A stretch of DNA of 64,000 bases from Lingula anatina (lineage: Eukaryota; Animalia; Brachiopoda). A program made the translations under genes and the position numbers. This document shows positions 40,566-52,017 of this stretch, in pieces (within the stretch, counting starts at the first letter, position 1; every line of letters starts with the position of its first letter). Under the pieces are notes generated by a model that saw only the letters and a list, made by a program, of their open reading frames with translations, made no database searches and was not told where the DNA came from. The DNA lies in assembly GCA_051362555.1 (NCBI GenBank), contig CM120643.1, positions 20,464,848-20,528,847 of the forward strand. Direction: 5' to 3'.

Positions 40566-41455
40566 CATCTGCAAAACAAATACTGTTTACTGTGTTAAAA
40601 TAAGTAAATAAAGATAGTAAAATTGATATAAAAAAGAATGAGAAAATGGATATTGCTGTTTTACTGCTCAACAATTTGCATTAGCAACTGCCAATTTTTC
40701 TTCTATTTTTCTTTCTTTTTTGGGGGGGGGGAGGGGGGCAAGAGGACCGACTCATGCACACTAACCTGTTTCTGTCACTGTCGCACTCTTACCACCTTCA
40801 ATATTCTGAGGTTCATCCATTTTCGACATTCTCTCTATTTCTAGCACTAAAATATTAACATGACAAGTAAGGGATTGGTTTATGAATTATACCCCCCAAT
40901 TGGTGAACAATCTTGTTCAGCAGTAATTACATTTCTATAAATAATATCTAATCATCATAAAATATCTAATTATCAGTTATAACAAAGATATGTAAGTGGC
41001 ATATAAGCAGAATGTATTTACTTGTTAAGTCTGTCTGTGAGGCAGTTGAAATAGTCTGACGCTGGCCAAAGACCTCTATCAACGGTTCTGGAAATTCAAA
41101 AGAATCTGCCTCACCGGCACTGGCTTCTGAAGCAGTGGGTTTTGGTCTGTCCTTTACAAGGTTTTTTTTTCAGCTGCAAAGAAACTGAACTATTTAATAT
41201 CAACCATGAACAAAGCAAATGTAAAAAATAAAACTATATTTACTTTCAAGGTGCATTACATAAAGGGGATTTTTTTTGTGTGTGTGTGTGTGTATGTGTG
41301 TGTGAAAATGCCTGAAAATGCTGTTCCTCGCCATGGGCTAAAAATTAATCATTGCATAACAGCGTTATAATCCTAACCTAATCATATTACTTCTTGCTAC
41401 ATAAAAAGATTAATATTTTAATCCAGTGAAATAACATAGTGACATCAAGGCATAC

Positions 41456-42276
41456 CCGTGCAATCTGGAGTTTTGGATAGTCTGCTCCCTGTTGGCTTTT
41501 TTACAGGTAACTGCGGGCATTCTTCTGCCTCTTCCCCGACTTGAACCATTTTCTTATGCGGTTGGATAGTGGGCACCGCCCCAGGTGTCTGTCTTGGTAA
41601 CCTGAAAGCGCAAAAATGTATTACAGTCGGTAAATTTAGAAACTGAACAAGTACATACCACATGGCTGAAATGCATGACACGCCAGTTTCTGAGTCAGCT
41701 GGCTTCCGCTGAGCGTTACTTTGGGAGCTTTAGCACAGAAAAATTGCTCAAAATAGCCTCAGCAATGTCAGCATGTTATTAATTAATAACTTACTCAATA
41801 CTACATGAACGCACAGTGTACCAAGCAGTGATTATCTTATTAAAATGAAAACAAAACAAAAACGCGAAGTTAGCACTTCGACTCCCGTAGAGATCGGCTC
41901 TTAACTCCTAAATCACAGACATATATCGCTATCAATCCGTCGCGACTCAGGGTAACCGTACTTAGAATAAATGTTACAAGTCTCATACGAAGTTGTAAGA
42001 TTAAGATAAAAATGACCAAAATTATGAACTTACTGAGCAAAACCAAGCCGAATCTTCATTTGCTGTCCCTCGTCGAAGCAAGCCTCCTCAAAATGAGCAC
42101 AACAGATCGCTGAGTGGTTTGCGATAGCTTTTTTCGCGTCTAACTCCCATACTATTGTTAAATTGACATTTTTTCCACTTCTGGGCAACCGCTAGATCTT
42201 TTGGAAATGTGCGCATCGAAATACCTTCATTTTCACTAGCATTCGAGCACCCGCCGACAACACAATGTCTAACCAT
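41456..42276 (-). pseudogene. THAP domain N-terminus of the Kolobok transposase (exons 42276-42034 and 41601-41456), frameshifted
   Basis: MVRHCVVGGCSN...FPKD...W, then in a shifted frame ICCAHFEEACF, and GAVPTI in the next exon: C2CH signature plus AVPTI box. Confidence 0.85.
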
Positions 42277-42500
42277 GTTTACTGTGTCTCAGAACTGATG
42301 AGTTATCTAAGCGGGGGCCCCGTCTGAGGAGTTCCTCTCATGACGTCATGAATATTTCGCGGGAAAGCGCTGCACGCTCAATTGACAATGATTGGGGAAT
42401 TTGTGAGCATTCTTTTTAGGTTCATTTGTTTTGATTACCTTCATGTTAGATGTCCGGTACTAAAAATACGGAAAAAAACACCTACCAAGTTGCCCTTTAA

Positions 42501-43095
42501 GGTTAAAGATAGTAATGTATGTACATTTTGTAAAACAGTAGAAAGTACTGAACATCTTTTTTATAAATGTGTGCTTGTTCAGTATCAATGGGATAGATTA
42601 ATAAGATGGTTAAATGAATCTACAAGAACAATAATTTAACTAAGTAGTTGTGACATATTATTGAGTGCCAATAAGATGGCTTTAAATCAAATAATACTTA
42701 TTGTAAAATATTATATATATAGGAAGAGAAGTGAAGAAGCCAAGTTAAATTTTAATGAATTGGAAAAAATGATAAGGTGGTTTTCTGAAGTAGAAAAACT
42801 CAGGCACATTAGTAAAGGTGAGAAAGAAAGGTTTAACAAAAAATGGGCATCATTAATACACTTGTTTGAGAAAGAAGAAAAATGAATGAGGAGTGAGTGA
42901 GTGAGCGAGAGAACAATTTACATAATTTGTAACAATATTTTCTTTCTGGAAGAATAAATATATTTAAAAAATTCTTCTTTTTCAACATGTTTAAAAATGT
43001 AATACAAGAAAAATAATTAAAAAACAAAAAGAACTGGAAAATAGTCAAGCATTTTTAATAAATAAAACAAACAAAAATACATATAAAATAAAATA
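42501..43095 (+). pseudogene. L1/Tx1-like LINE 3' end with zf-RVT knuckle, 3' UTR and A-rich tail
   Basis: CTFCKTVESTEHLFYKC...W; NQIILIVKYYIYR...FNKKW; A-rich tail at about 43055-43095. Confidence 0.85.
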
Positions 43096-43144
43096 AACAA
43101 ATATTAAAAAAACATAAATAAATAAATAAATGAATTTTCATTAC

Positions 43145-43286
43145 TTTTTATTTCCACCACTACTGCCATCCTTTACTGGTTTCTGCTTCTTGCCACTGAC
43201 ATGCTGTTTTAATTTCTCTGCTCTGTCCAAATATAAAATACACTTAGCTCTGATACTTTCCTTGGCTTTGTCACTATGTGCCTCAT
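43145..43286 (-). CDS. VPS4: VPS4 main copy, second MIT exon
   Basis: cag|(Y)[46 protein letters not shown](K)|gtaa; 142 bp, phase 2 matches the exon at 17787. Confidence 0.92.
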
Positions 43287-43542
43287 CTGAAATCAGAATA
43301 AATCACCTCCTAGTATTATCTAATAGCCAAGATTTTTTAGTTTGAAAATTTTTTCAACACTTGAATAAATGAACATATCAGTGAAGGCTTTTACATTTAA
43401 CCAAACAGTAATTTCTATATATAGCAGCAGAGAGGTCACACACATTTTAATTTAAATATTTCAGTCTGTTGCAATTTTACAAAAAAAAACTTGATTACAA
43501 AAAAAAACTTGATTAAAAAACACAAAATTTCAATCTGCATAC

Positions 43543-43654
43543 ATTTAATTGCATGGAGAAAGTACTCTACACCATACTCATACAGCCTCAAGGCTTCCTC
43601 ATAATTCTTCTTCTTGTCTTCTTCTGTAGCCTTGGTGAATATGTCAATGGCTTT
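43543..43654 (-). CDS. VPS4: VPS4 main copy, first MIT exon
   Basis: cag|[37 protein letters not shown](Y)|gtatg; 112 bp. Confidence 0.93.
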
Positions 43655-44077
43655 CTGGAAAGAGATGTGGGCATGGAAATTAGTAATGTACTGTAATAAA
43701 AAAGCAAGAAAAATGTTGAAGAAATTCTTCATTTACAATCCAGTGCTAAATAGTATATTAGGGAGAAATGTCAAATAAGCATAAAGTTAAATGCTCACAC
43801 ATGTACAATATTACTAGTATTAAAGAGTTTCAAGAAAAAGAGATTACACATAAGCCTCTCTATTGTCCGATGTCCGTTATGGTGAGCTGAGCTGGCAACA
43901 GGGGGGAGGGGGCTCCTTTCTCAAGGTTTTGTAGTGCCGCTCTCCTCAGCTTTGAGATTGATGTCATATGCCTTATTTTGCATTAGAATTCGAGAACAGT
44001 TGTTTCAACAAATGGTGCTGTACAATATTTTCACAGGTGATGATTTGGACAATTTGCTGGCAGGGAATGATATCTTA

Positions 44078-44293
44078 GACCCCATTCCCATAGATATTTA
44101 GATTGATCTATCCCCCTGGGGAGTCTCACTAGATTGGTGTCAGCTTAACAGGATTAAATGTCTGTCACGCCTACTAAAAGCTGTAAGGGAGTAATTAACT
44201 TTGGTGCGCGCTCGACTGACAGCAATTAAGTGTGAACCCCCAGGGAGTTAGGTCGATCTGGATGGATTAATCTAAATCTCTGGGAATGCAGTC
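44078..44293 (+). mobile_element. ~215-bp Harbinger/Tourist-like MITE
   Basis: TTA|GACCCCATTCCCATAGA ... TCTCTGGGAATGCAGTC|TTA; copies at 53861-54074 and 55079-55304. Confidence 0.8.
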
Positions 44294-44841
44294 TTAGAAA
44301 GCGATGATGAGGTGGTGACTGAGGATGGCTGTCATGAGTTTTTTGAGTCAATGGAAATGGGCTTTTTATTGCACACCCCAGTGATAAATCACCAAGGAGA
44401 AGACGAGAAAAAAACCCATCTCAACTGTGGCTTGTGAAAATGACATTCCAGTGAATGCCTGTCCTCACTACCAAAAGACATAATATTAATACATAAATGT
44501 ATCGACCCTCCAGCATTCAGTTCCCAAAAACATAGATTGGGTAGACGTACGTGACACATGACTTCGGTGTAGACGTACCTCAGATCTGCTCTGCTATTTT
44601 TTACATTTTTTACTTGTCTTTTTGGACATTGATCGCAGAGAAAAGTATTCTAGTGTGTGTGTGAATTGCAAGTGTACAAGGTGATAGTCTTTTTTGAGAA
44701 AAAAAGATCCAAAAGGACTTTTGAGGATTTTTCTGTTCAAACCAACCTTTTGTTTTTGCCTAGGTAAGGCATAGTGACTACCACCCACCAACTTATAATT
44801 ACGCTAAACAAAAGTAGCCATGGCCAGTAAGTGCACCACTA

Positions 44842-45830
44842 GTGATGGTCAAGACAAACAAAAGACCACAGATATTGACACACAAAGAATATCTTGCCTC
44901 TATTACTTCTGTGACGAAATCATCTGGTGTAACTGGACGAAAACCACCTTCAAAGAAGAAAAGAGACAACAGTATGGAGTTGACAGAGAATCCAACTGCA
45001 AATAAACTTCGCATGATCCAGAATACATTAGCACAAATCAAAAATGAGATGATACGTGAATCTGACGCAATGGAATTTCTGTCACAGCTTAAGCTCGAAA
45101 TCAAACAGTAACTAATTTAGATGAATTTAAGAAAGAGTTGGAGCAAGATCTCAGGGCCAACCCAGCAAACAAACGACATTGATTCATCGTTGAAGCAACG
45201 TTAATTTTGGTGGATCAACGTTGAATCAACGTAGAATCAATGTCGTTTGCCTGCTGGGAAGATAGCCGCAGAAACTGACAAAGTTGATGCACTGTGCCTA
45301 GAGACAGACTCACTGCGTGAAAAACTAACTAAAAATACCTCTTAAATCAGAAAAATAACCAGAAGCTGGAGGAAAGCCGCCACCAGTTAAGCACCGCCAT
45401 ACAACTGGTGAACCATAATCAGCAATACTCACAGAACAACATAAAACTTCTAAACTGGACAGAAAAACCCAAGGAAAACCTAAGGGCTGACCTCTGCAAG
45501 ATTTTCAAGGAAAAGGTCAATGTAGATATTAACCCATCATCAATTTTAGCTGTTCATTGGATCCCGGGCACTGCGAAATTTGTGAATACAGAATTAAAAA
45601 AAAAAGCCATCATCAAACTCAGGCAAGCACTAAAAAACATTTCGGTTCCTTATGTATGATCACATTACTCGCTATGATGAAGAGCTGTTGTGATTGTGCC
45701 GGAAGCACAAGGGGCTATGGCTTCAGTGCCCAAAGTTGATTCTAAATCAGTTCAAAGAGAAAAATGATCTTCTAAATATCAATCGGAAACTGGACATTTT
45801 CGATTAAATTCACAAAAACATCTAAAACCA
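44842..45830 (+). pseudogene. Decayed LINE ORF1-like (coiled-coil + RRM) sequence
   Basis: Coiled-coil, then NHNQQYSQNNIKLLNWTEKPKENL...ILAVHWIPG..AKF, matching the EQYSR.NN....G..E / I...HR / IVKF pattern; stops and frameshifts. Confidence 0.65.
45161..45258. mobile_element. 98-bp fold-back MITE, EnSpm-like (CCC termini, 2-bp TSD)
   Basis: AA|CCCAGCAAACAAACGACATTGATTC ... GAATCAATGTCGTTTGCCTGCTGGG|AA; removal restores the ORF1 frame (DLRAK-IAAE). Confidence 0.8.
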
Positions 45831-46339
45831 TCAAGCGAAAAATTAAGTGAGCTGAAGTCTAGACTTTCTTCCCGTGCTTGTTCTTCCAATGAGAAACAAG
45901 ATACTTCTCAATCTAGGTGTCATTTTAAAACAGAATTATAGGCTGCTAAAACACCATGCAGCAGTGCTAACAATGACATTCAGGGGGCTTTTCTCATTCT
46001 GAAGCTGCTTGTTTTCATAGCAGTGGAGATGAGGAAAACCTTCCTGACAGGTGTCCTAGATCGTGTCCACTAAGTTATATTTATTTTTCACTGCACACGT
46101 ATACCATGTCTCCACAACCAACATGGAGCCGAACTACACTCAAACCTCCCACCAGAGGACGACACAACCTTACGTCTCCTCCACTGCAACCAAGACAGCC
46201 CCAATACACAACACACTCCCCACCTTGAAATATAATATATTTCAATATCATACAAATTAACAGTAAAATGCAATAAATCAATGCCATATCCAGTCCTTGT
46301 ACTGAATGTCATAAATCAAAAGTCAACATACTGCATCCC

Positions 46340-48730
46340 TTTTTATGTACAGACACAGATGTGTCTGTACGTATAGCCGTCATCTGCATCTGTCGTCGCC
46401 GTCGTCGCCGTCGTGCACTTTTACCGATAACACGATAACTGGAAAACCGTTTTGGCTTTTGGCTTGAAACTTACAGAACTGATAAATATTTATAATACGC
46501 AGGTCAAGTTCGAAAATCAGCATGATCGGGTGACTTGTAGGGAAGTTATGCTGTTTTTTTTCTACTTTTTTCAGCATATATGCAGCACCGATAACACGAT
46601 AAGTGGAAAACCGCTTTACTTTTTGGCTTCAAACTTACAAAACTGATGAAGATTCATAATCCGCAGATCAAGTTCGAAAATCAGCATGATCAAGCCATTT
46701 TTAGGGGAGTTATGCTATTTTTTCACTTTTTTCAACATATATGCAACACTGATAACACTATATAAGAAAAACAGATAGGCCAATTGTCATTATACTTACA
46801 GGAGTGGTCAATCTTACTAAAATGCAGGTTCAGTTAGAAAATCAGCATAATCTGGCCATTATTTTAGAAGTTATGCTGTTTTTTCACATTTCCTCAGATT
46901 CAATTCTTAAGCATGTTAACAGTCTCATTATTTAACTAAGAAGATACGTAAAAGTGTTTGTTTGATATTCCCTGCATCTTTACAACATTGTTAGTTGATT
47001 ATGTAAAAATGATTGTAAACTTGATATCGTGTATTGTGTAATAAAGTGTCAAAAATGGAAATAAACTTATATCATATCATATTGCAGTTTGTTAGATTCA
47101 ATCATCAACTATGTTCAGAATCTCAGAATGGAGGAAATTGGACATTTAACACTGTTCTATTGATATTTTTCCCATCTCATCAATTTTCTTAGTTGGTCAT
47201 ATAAAAATGGAAGTATACTGTTTATTTTGTTTTGTTTAAAAAGTGTTAAAATGGAAATAAACCCATTTCAGAACAGTGCTGTCTTTTTTACAGTTTGGCA
47301 TTTTTAAGATGTGACTTTGAAGTTCCATGAGCCTGCAGATCTTTGCTAGTCACATTTTCTGAATATCCATGATACTAATATTTTATGATTAAAAATTGAT
47401 GGTCATTATGCTGTTAAACATTATGTAATATTGCATCAAGATTCGAAGAAACCCATATTTTGGGCACTGCTCCCATGATGACCATTTAAAGAAAATCATG
47501 TCACTTACTGTTATCAAACTTACAGGAAAGAAATGTGGGTCTAAAATACAGCTTCAGTAGGCAATGCAGTCTGTTTGGTAATTTTTTCTGGCAGTTAAAC
47601 AGTTTTTTGTGAAAATTTAATTTTTCACTTATTGGCATTTTCAAGGTGTAACTTTGAAGTTCCATGATTCTGAAGACCTTTGCTTGTCATGTTTTCTGAA
47701 AGTCCATGTTACTAATATTCTATTAAATAAAAATTGATGGTCATATATGCTGTTAAGCATTATGTAATGTTGCTTCAAAATAGAAGAAAACACAATTTTT
47801 GGTGCTGCTGCCATGATGACCATGATGGGAAAACCGTGTTACTTATGACTGTCAAACCTTAAAAAAAGAAACACTGTACTAAAATGCAGCCTGAGTTGGA
47901 AAAGCAGTCTAATTGGCTTCTTTTTCTGGAAGTTATACATTTGAGTGAAATATTCATTAACTTTTTGGCATATTCATTGTGGGACTCGGAGCTCCCATGG
48001 ACATGAAGCCGAATGGTAATCAAATTTTCTACATGTCCATGCTATTTGTAATCAATAATAAAAAATTGGTGATAATTATTCTATAATTTATTATGCAATG
48101 TTACATCAAAATTTACAATAATCTTTTTGCACTGCTACTGCAAACATTATGAAAAGAAAACTGTGTTACTTATTATTATTTTTAACTTATGAGAATGATT
48201 TTTAGGATTGGCTTGCAGTTAAAATTAGAAAGCTAGGTCAATTGGGTTATCGTTTATTATTGAATTTATGCAATTTTGTGTGAAATTTTCATTTTTTTTA
48301 TTCTGGCACTTTCTAAGTATAAACTTGAACTCTGATGGGCCTGAAGCCTTATGCTTTTACTTTGGTCGGTGTTACCTGCTGTGCATAATTAAAATATGAT
48401 GTTGACTTTGCAGTTAAACATAATGTATCATTTCATCAGAATTGGTAGTCTCCTATTTTGTGCATTATTGTTTTGTGCTTTTCTTAAGATGTGACTTATG
48501 GGCCTGAAGGGTCTTTGAGAGGGTCAGTCTGTAAATTTCCCTTGGGTATCACTTAGCTAAGCTCTGAGTTATAAAGTAATTTGCCTAATTGATTATTAAT
48601 AGACCATTAAATGAGATTACATAAAGCACACTTGTTGATATCTCCTTGTAAACTCCCAAAGGTTAAGCTCTCTGCTAGATTAATAATAAGGAAGCAGTGA
48701 TAATTATGGAGGTAAATTATGCAGGTAATT

Positions 48731-48773
<43 letters not shown>

Positions 48774-49391
48774 CAACAATTGCTGCCTGGGCAGAGGTCT
48801 GCACTCTCGGAGTGCTTTTCTAGTTTTGTTTATTTTCTTTAATAACTTTTTTCTCAAACACTTGCATTTGTGATATTTAACCGCCTGAAGCTCTGCACAT
48901 TTTCTGTACTTCCACATAAGCAGTTGTATGTTATTTATGTTTTCAAACATTATGTAATATTATTTTATGCACTGTCATCATTTTTCAAATATTGAGACTT
49001 TCATCATGTGACTTTGGTCTCTCATGGTCCTGATACTGTAATCTTATTGAAGGGATGGATTGAGACCATCTTCTGGGTCAGCTTCCGGAAGACGTTCGAA
49101 TTTTTAAGTTTATATTGACTGATATTTATTATTTTTTTTCTGTTGGAAGATCATCAAAATAGAGGATGGATCAACAAAGATACTTTGGAATACTGTCAGA
49201 AAATATCTCTGGGTCAGCTCCTGTTATTGACCATGTTACCTGTTGTGCATGATTAAAATTCAGTGTTGACTAACAGTGCTAATGCTATTATAAGCATTAT
49301 TTATTATTGCATCATAATTGGCAAAATGACCTATTTTGCATCATTATTTTCTGTTTTTTGTCTGTACATTTGACAGCTTTGCTGCCTTGTT
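46340..49391 (+). mobile_element. HINE family 1, full-length copy H2
   Basis: Same hairpin, microsatellite, tandem units and terminus as H1, with fewer repeat units. Confidence 0.85.
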
Positions 49392-49409
49392 TTTTTACAG
49401 TTTTAGTAC

Positions 49410-50310
49410 GGACTTCAGTAACAGAACAAAAAAAAGCAATTAAGAGCTGCAATAAAGATAACTATGCTGCAATAACGATTACCATTATTGCTTTCTTATC
49501 TTACTCGAATCATTCACAATCGCTGACGATCTCCTGCTAACGAATACAGTAACTTGAACTAGTATGGAAATTGCCTTATCGTTGCACTCAGATCGCCCAC
49601 GATGCCCCATTGTCGATCTTCCAGTTCCTTGAATGAATATGACAATGGCCTTTCTGTCTCACTCGGATTTGCTAACGAATATGAAAATTGCCTTTTCATT
49701 TGGTCTATATTAGTTGCACTAAGTAGAATTACATACATGTGTACATTGGTGCAACTATATGCCAGAAAATCAGTTGTGTTGTTGGACAGCTGCTGGTCAA
49801 GATTATATATATATATTATTCTAAACCTTGGAAATTTTAATTTAAAGGCCATATATTATACCCAACATATATTTAGCCATCAAACATGTCCTACTGCTAA
49901 ACACATCCAGGCTAATATCCCACTGGGTGGGGTTGATATAACATTGTTTTCTGACGTTGATACAACGTTGTTATCTGAGGTTGACACAACTTTCAAATCC
50001 AACGTTTATCCAATGTCTATTGAACGTTATGGTTCAACGTTGGTTCAACGTTAAAACAACATAATTTGCCCGCTGGGTTGGCTCACAATTACCGACATTC
50101 ATCCATCATACATTATGGTAACTCTAAATAGATCGTTGGGAGATCATGAGTCCTAGTGCAAAAAGACAACTTCCAGTCAAAATTGGCATAATTCCTTGAA
50201 ATTTGAACATTTCGAAGTTCTGAGCACCTTCACCTGAATTTCGACCAAATGAAAATGACCTTTTCCCCATTTTCGTTATTTTCTACTGTACGAAATTCAT
50301 GGCACATTAC
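49410..50310 (+). mobile_element. Right part of an M1-family element with EnSpm-like MITE inserts (about 49860-50077)
   Basis: Similar to 4595-4700, 6470-6720 and 7405-7627; ends GAAATTCATGGCACATTACCG. Confidence 0.7.
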
Positions 50311-50517
50311 CGTTAAGTTTTCTGACGTCAATAATACTTTACATTGATGCAGACTAAATCTTGAATGGATATTAGGATCATACTGGCAATGCACTGCTCT
50401 TTCAAAACAAACACCTCTAAAAATAGTGGATTTGTCAAGAAATTTTCTACTCGCAGGGGTAAATCAACATAACATGCAGTGATTGGTATCACATCGACCA
50501 ATGAATATATGATTTAC

Positions 50518-50695
50518 CGGTAAGCTCGAGGGACTTGACCCTTCCAAAGTCCCTTTGACCCCATCCAGACCTGCTACATTGTCCCTTTTAATGTTAGGCT
50601 TCTCCATCCCAGTGGCCCCTTGCAACGGTGTCTGAAACTTTTCCTTTTCAACATTTCCTTCTGAATCACTGTCACTGCTGTCATTGTCTCTTTTC
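50518..50695 (-). pseudogene. VPS4: VPS4 partial duplicate, truncated linker/AAA-start exon
   Basis: cag|KRDNDSSDSDSEGNVEKEKFQTPLQGATGMEKPNIKRDNVAGLDGVKGTLEG; homology stops at about 50540; candidate donor CCG|GTAAAT at 50518. Confidence 0.8.
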
Positions 50696-51012
50696 CTGAA
50701 GAAGAGCATTGGTTTTAATGCATAATAAAATAAAGAATATTTGTTTACATAAAATCTGATTTATTTACATAAGTGACCCTTCACTATTTTTGTTTAACAG
50801 GGATATTAAATTGGTTAGATCAGAAGATTAAAACTAAATAAAGATCAGTTGAATCTTTAATCTTTAAGGTCTAATCTCTTATTCTTTTAGGACTTTTTTC
50901 TTAATCCTCACTGATTTGCAAGTTTTATTTATCAAAACAATTCTGTATCAATACACTTTTTGATAACATAAACAAATATTGAGCAAAACATATATAAATG
51001 AATTTTCATTAC

Positions 51013-51154
51013 TTCTTATTTCCACCACCACTGCTGTTCTTTACTGGTTCCTCTTTCTTGCCACTGGCATGCTGTCTTAATTTATCTGCTCTCTCCAAAT
51101 ATAAAATACACTTAGCTCTGATAATTTCCCTAGCTTCGTCACTATCTGCCTTAT
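51013..51154 (-). pseudogene. VPS4: VPS4 partial duplicate, second MIT exon (open, splice sites intact)
   Basis: (Y)[46 protein letters not shown]; 142 bp. Confidence 0.85.
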
Positions 51155-51385
51155 CTGAAATCAAAATCACCTCCTAGTACTACTGAAACTAGCTAAGATT
51201 TTTTGTGTGGAAATTATTTCAATGCTTGAGTAAATGAACATATCAGTGAAAGCTTTTACATTTAACTAAACAGTATTTTCTATAAATAACAGCAGAAAGG
51301 CCACATATTTTGATTTGAACATTTAAATCTGTTGCAATTTTACAAAGAAACTTGATTAAAAAACATAAAATTACAATCGGCATAC

Positions 51386-51494
51386 ATTTAATTGCATGGA
51401 GAAAGTACTCCACACCCTGCTCATACAGCATCAAGGCTTCCACATAATTCTTCTCGTCTTCTTCTGCAGCCTTGGTGAATATGTCAATGGCTTT
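51386..51494 (-). pseudogene. VPS4: VPS4 partial duplicate, first MIT exon (in-frame 3-bp deletion)
   Basis: [36 protein letters not shown]; 109 bp; flanking introns homologous to 43290-43820. Confidence 0.85.
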
Positions 51495-52017
51495 CTGGAA
51501 GGAGATGTGCCAGGGCATGGAAATTACATGTAGTAATGTACTGTAATAAAAAGCAAGAAAAATGGAGAACAAATTCTTCATTTATGATTCAGTGCATAAT
51601 AGTACATTTGGTTTCTGGAGAGAAATGTCAAATACGTAATCATAAAGTTAAATGCTCACCAACATGTATAATGTTACTAGCATTACACAATCTACACAAA
51701 CAGGAAACTGAAGCTTTTTAATGATGTACTCATGAGAGGGGTCAATATACCATCATCATTATCAGAAACGGTAAATGACTACTAAACATTTTGTGTTTTG
51801 TAGATATCAGCAAACCTTTGCTCTGGCTTCAAAGTAGCAGAGGCAGATTAGACTGAATATAAAGCAGTGGGCAAGGGTAAACAAAAGCTAGAATTTATGA
51901 CGTGACTGTCACTGTTACCCCAGTATTTGAACTGTCGAGTCTTGTAACCTAGCACATCCAAACAAAAGAAGATGGTAATCTTTATATCATTCTAATAAAC
52001 GTTTGCTGCTGTCAATG

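Larger units (their letters stand above)
38000..42496. mobile_element. Kolobok DNA transposon, internally deleted, with convergent KolX and THAP-transposase genes
   Basis: TTAA|AGTGCAACTTGGTAGGT ... ACCTACCAAGTTGCCCT|TTAA; removing it restores the LINE frame (HCIK-VKDSNVC). Confidence 0.9.

Noticed and set aside
49602-50054. 150-aa ORF
   Set aside because: It spans an M1-family fragment and EnSpm-like MITE subterminal repeats; low complexity and no domain
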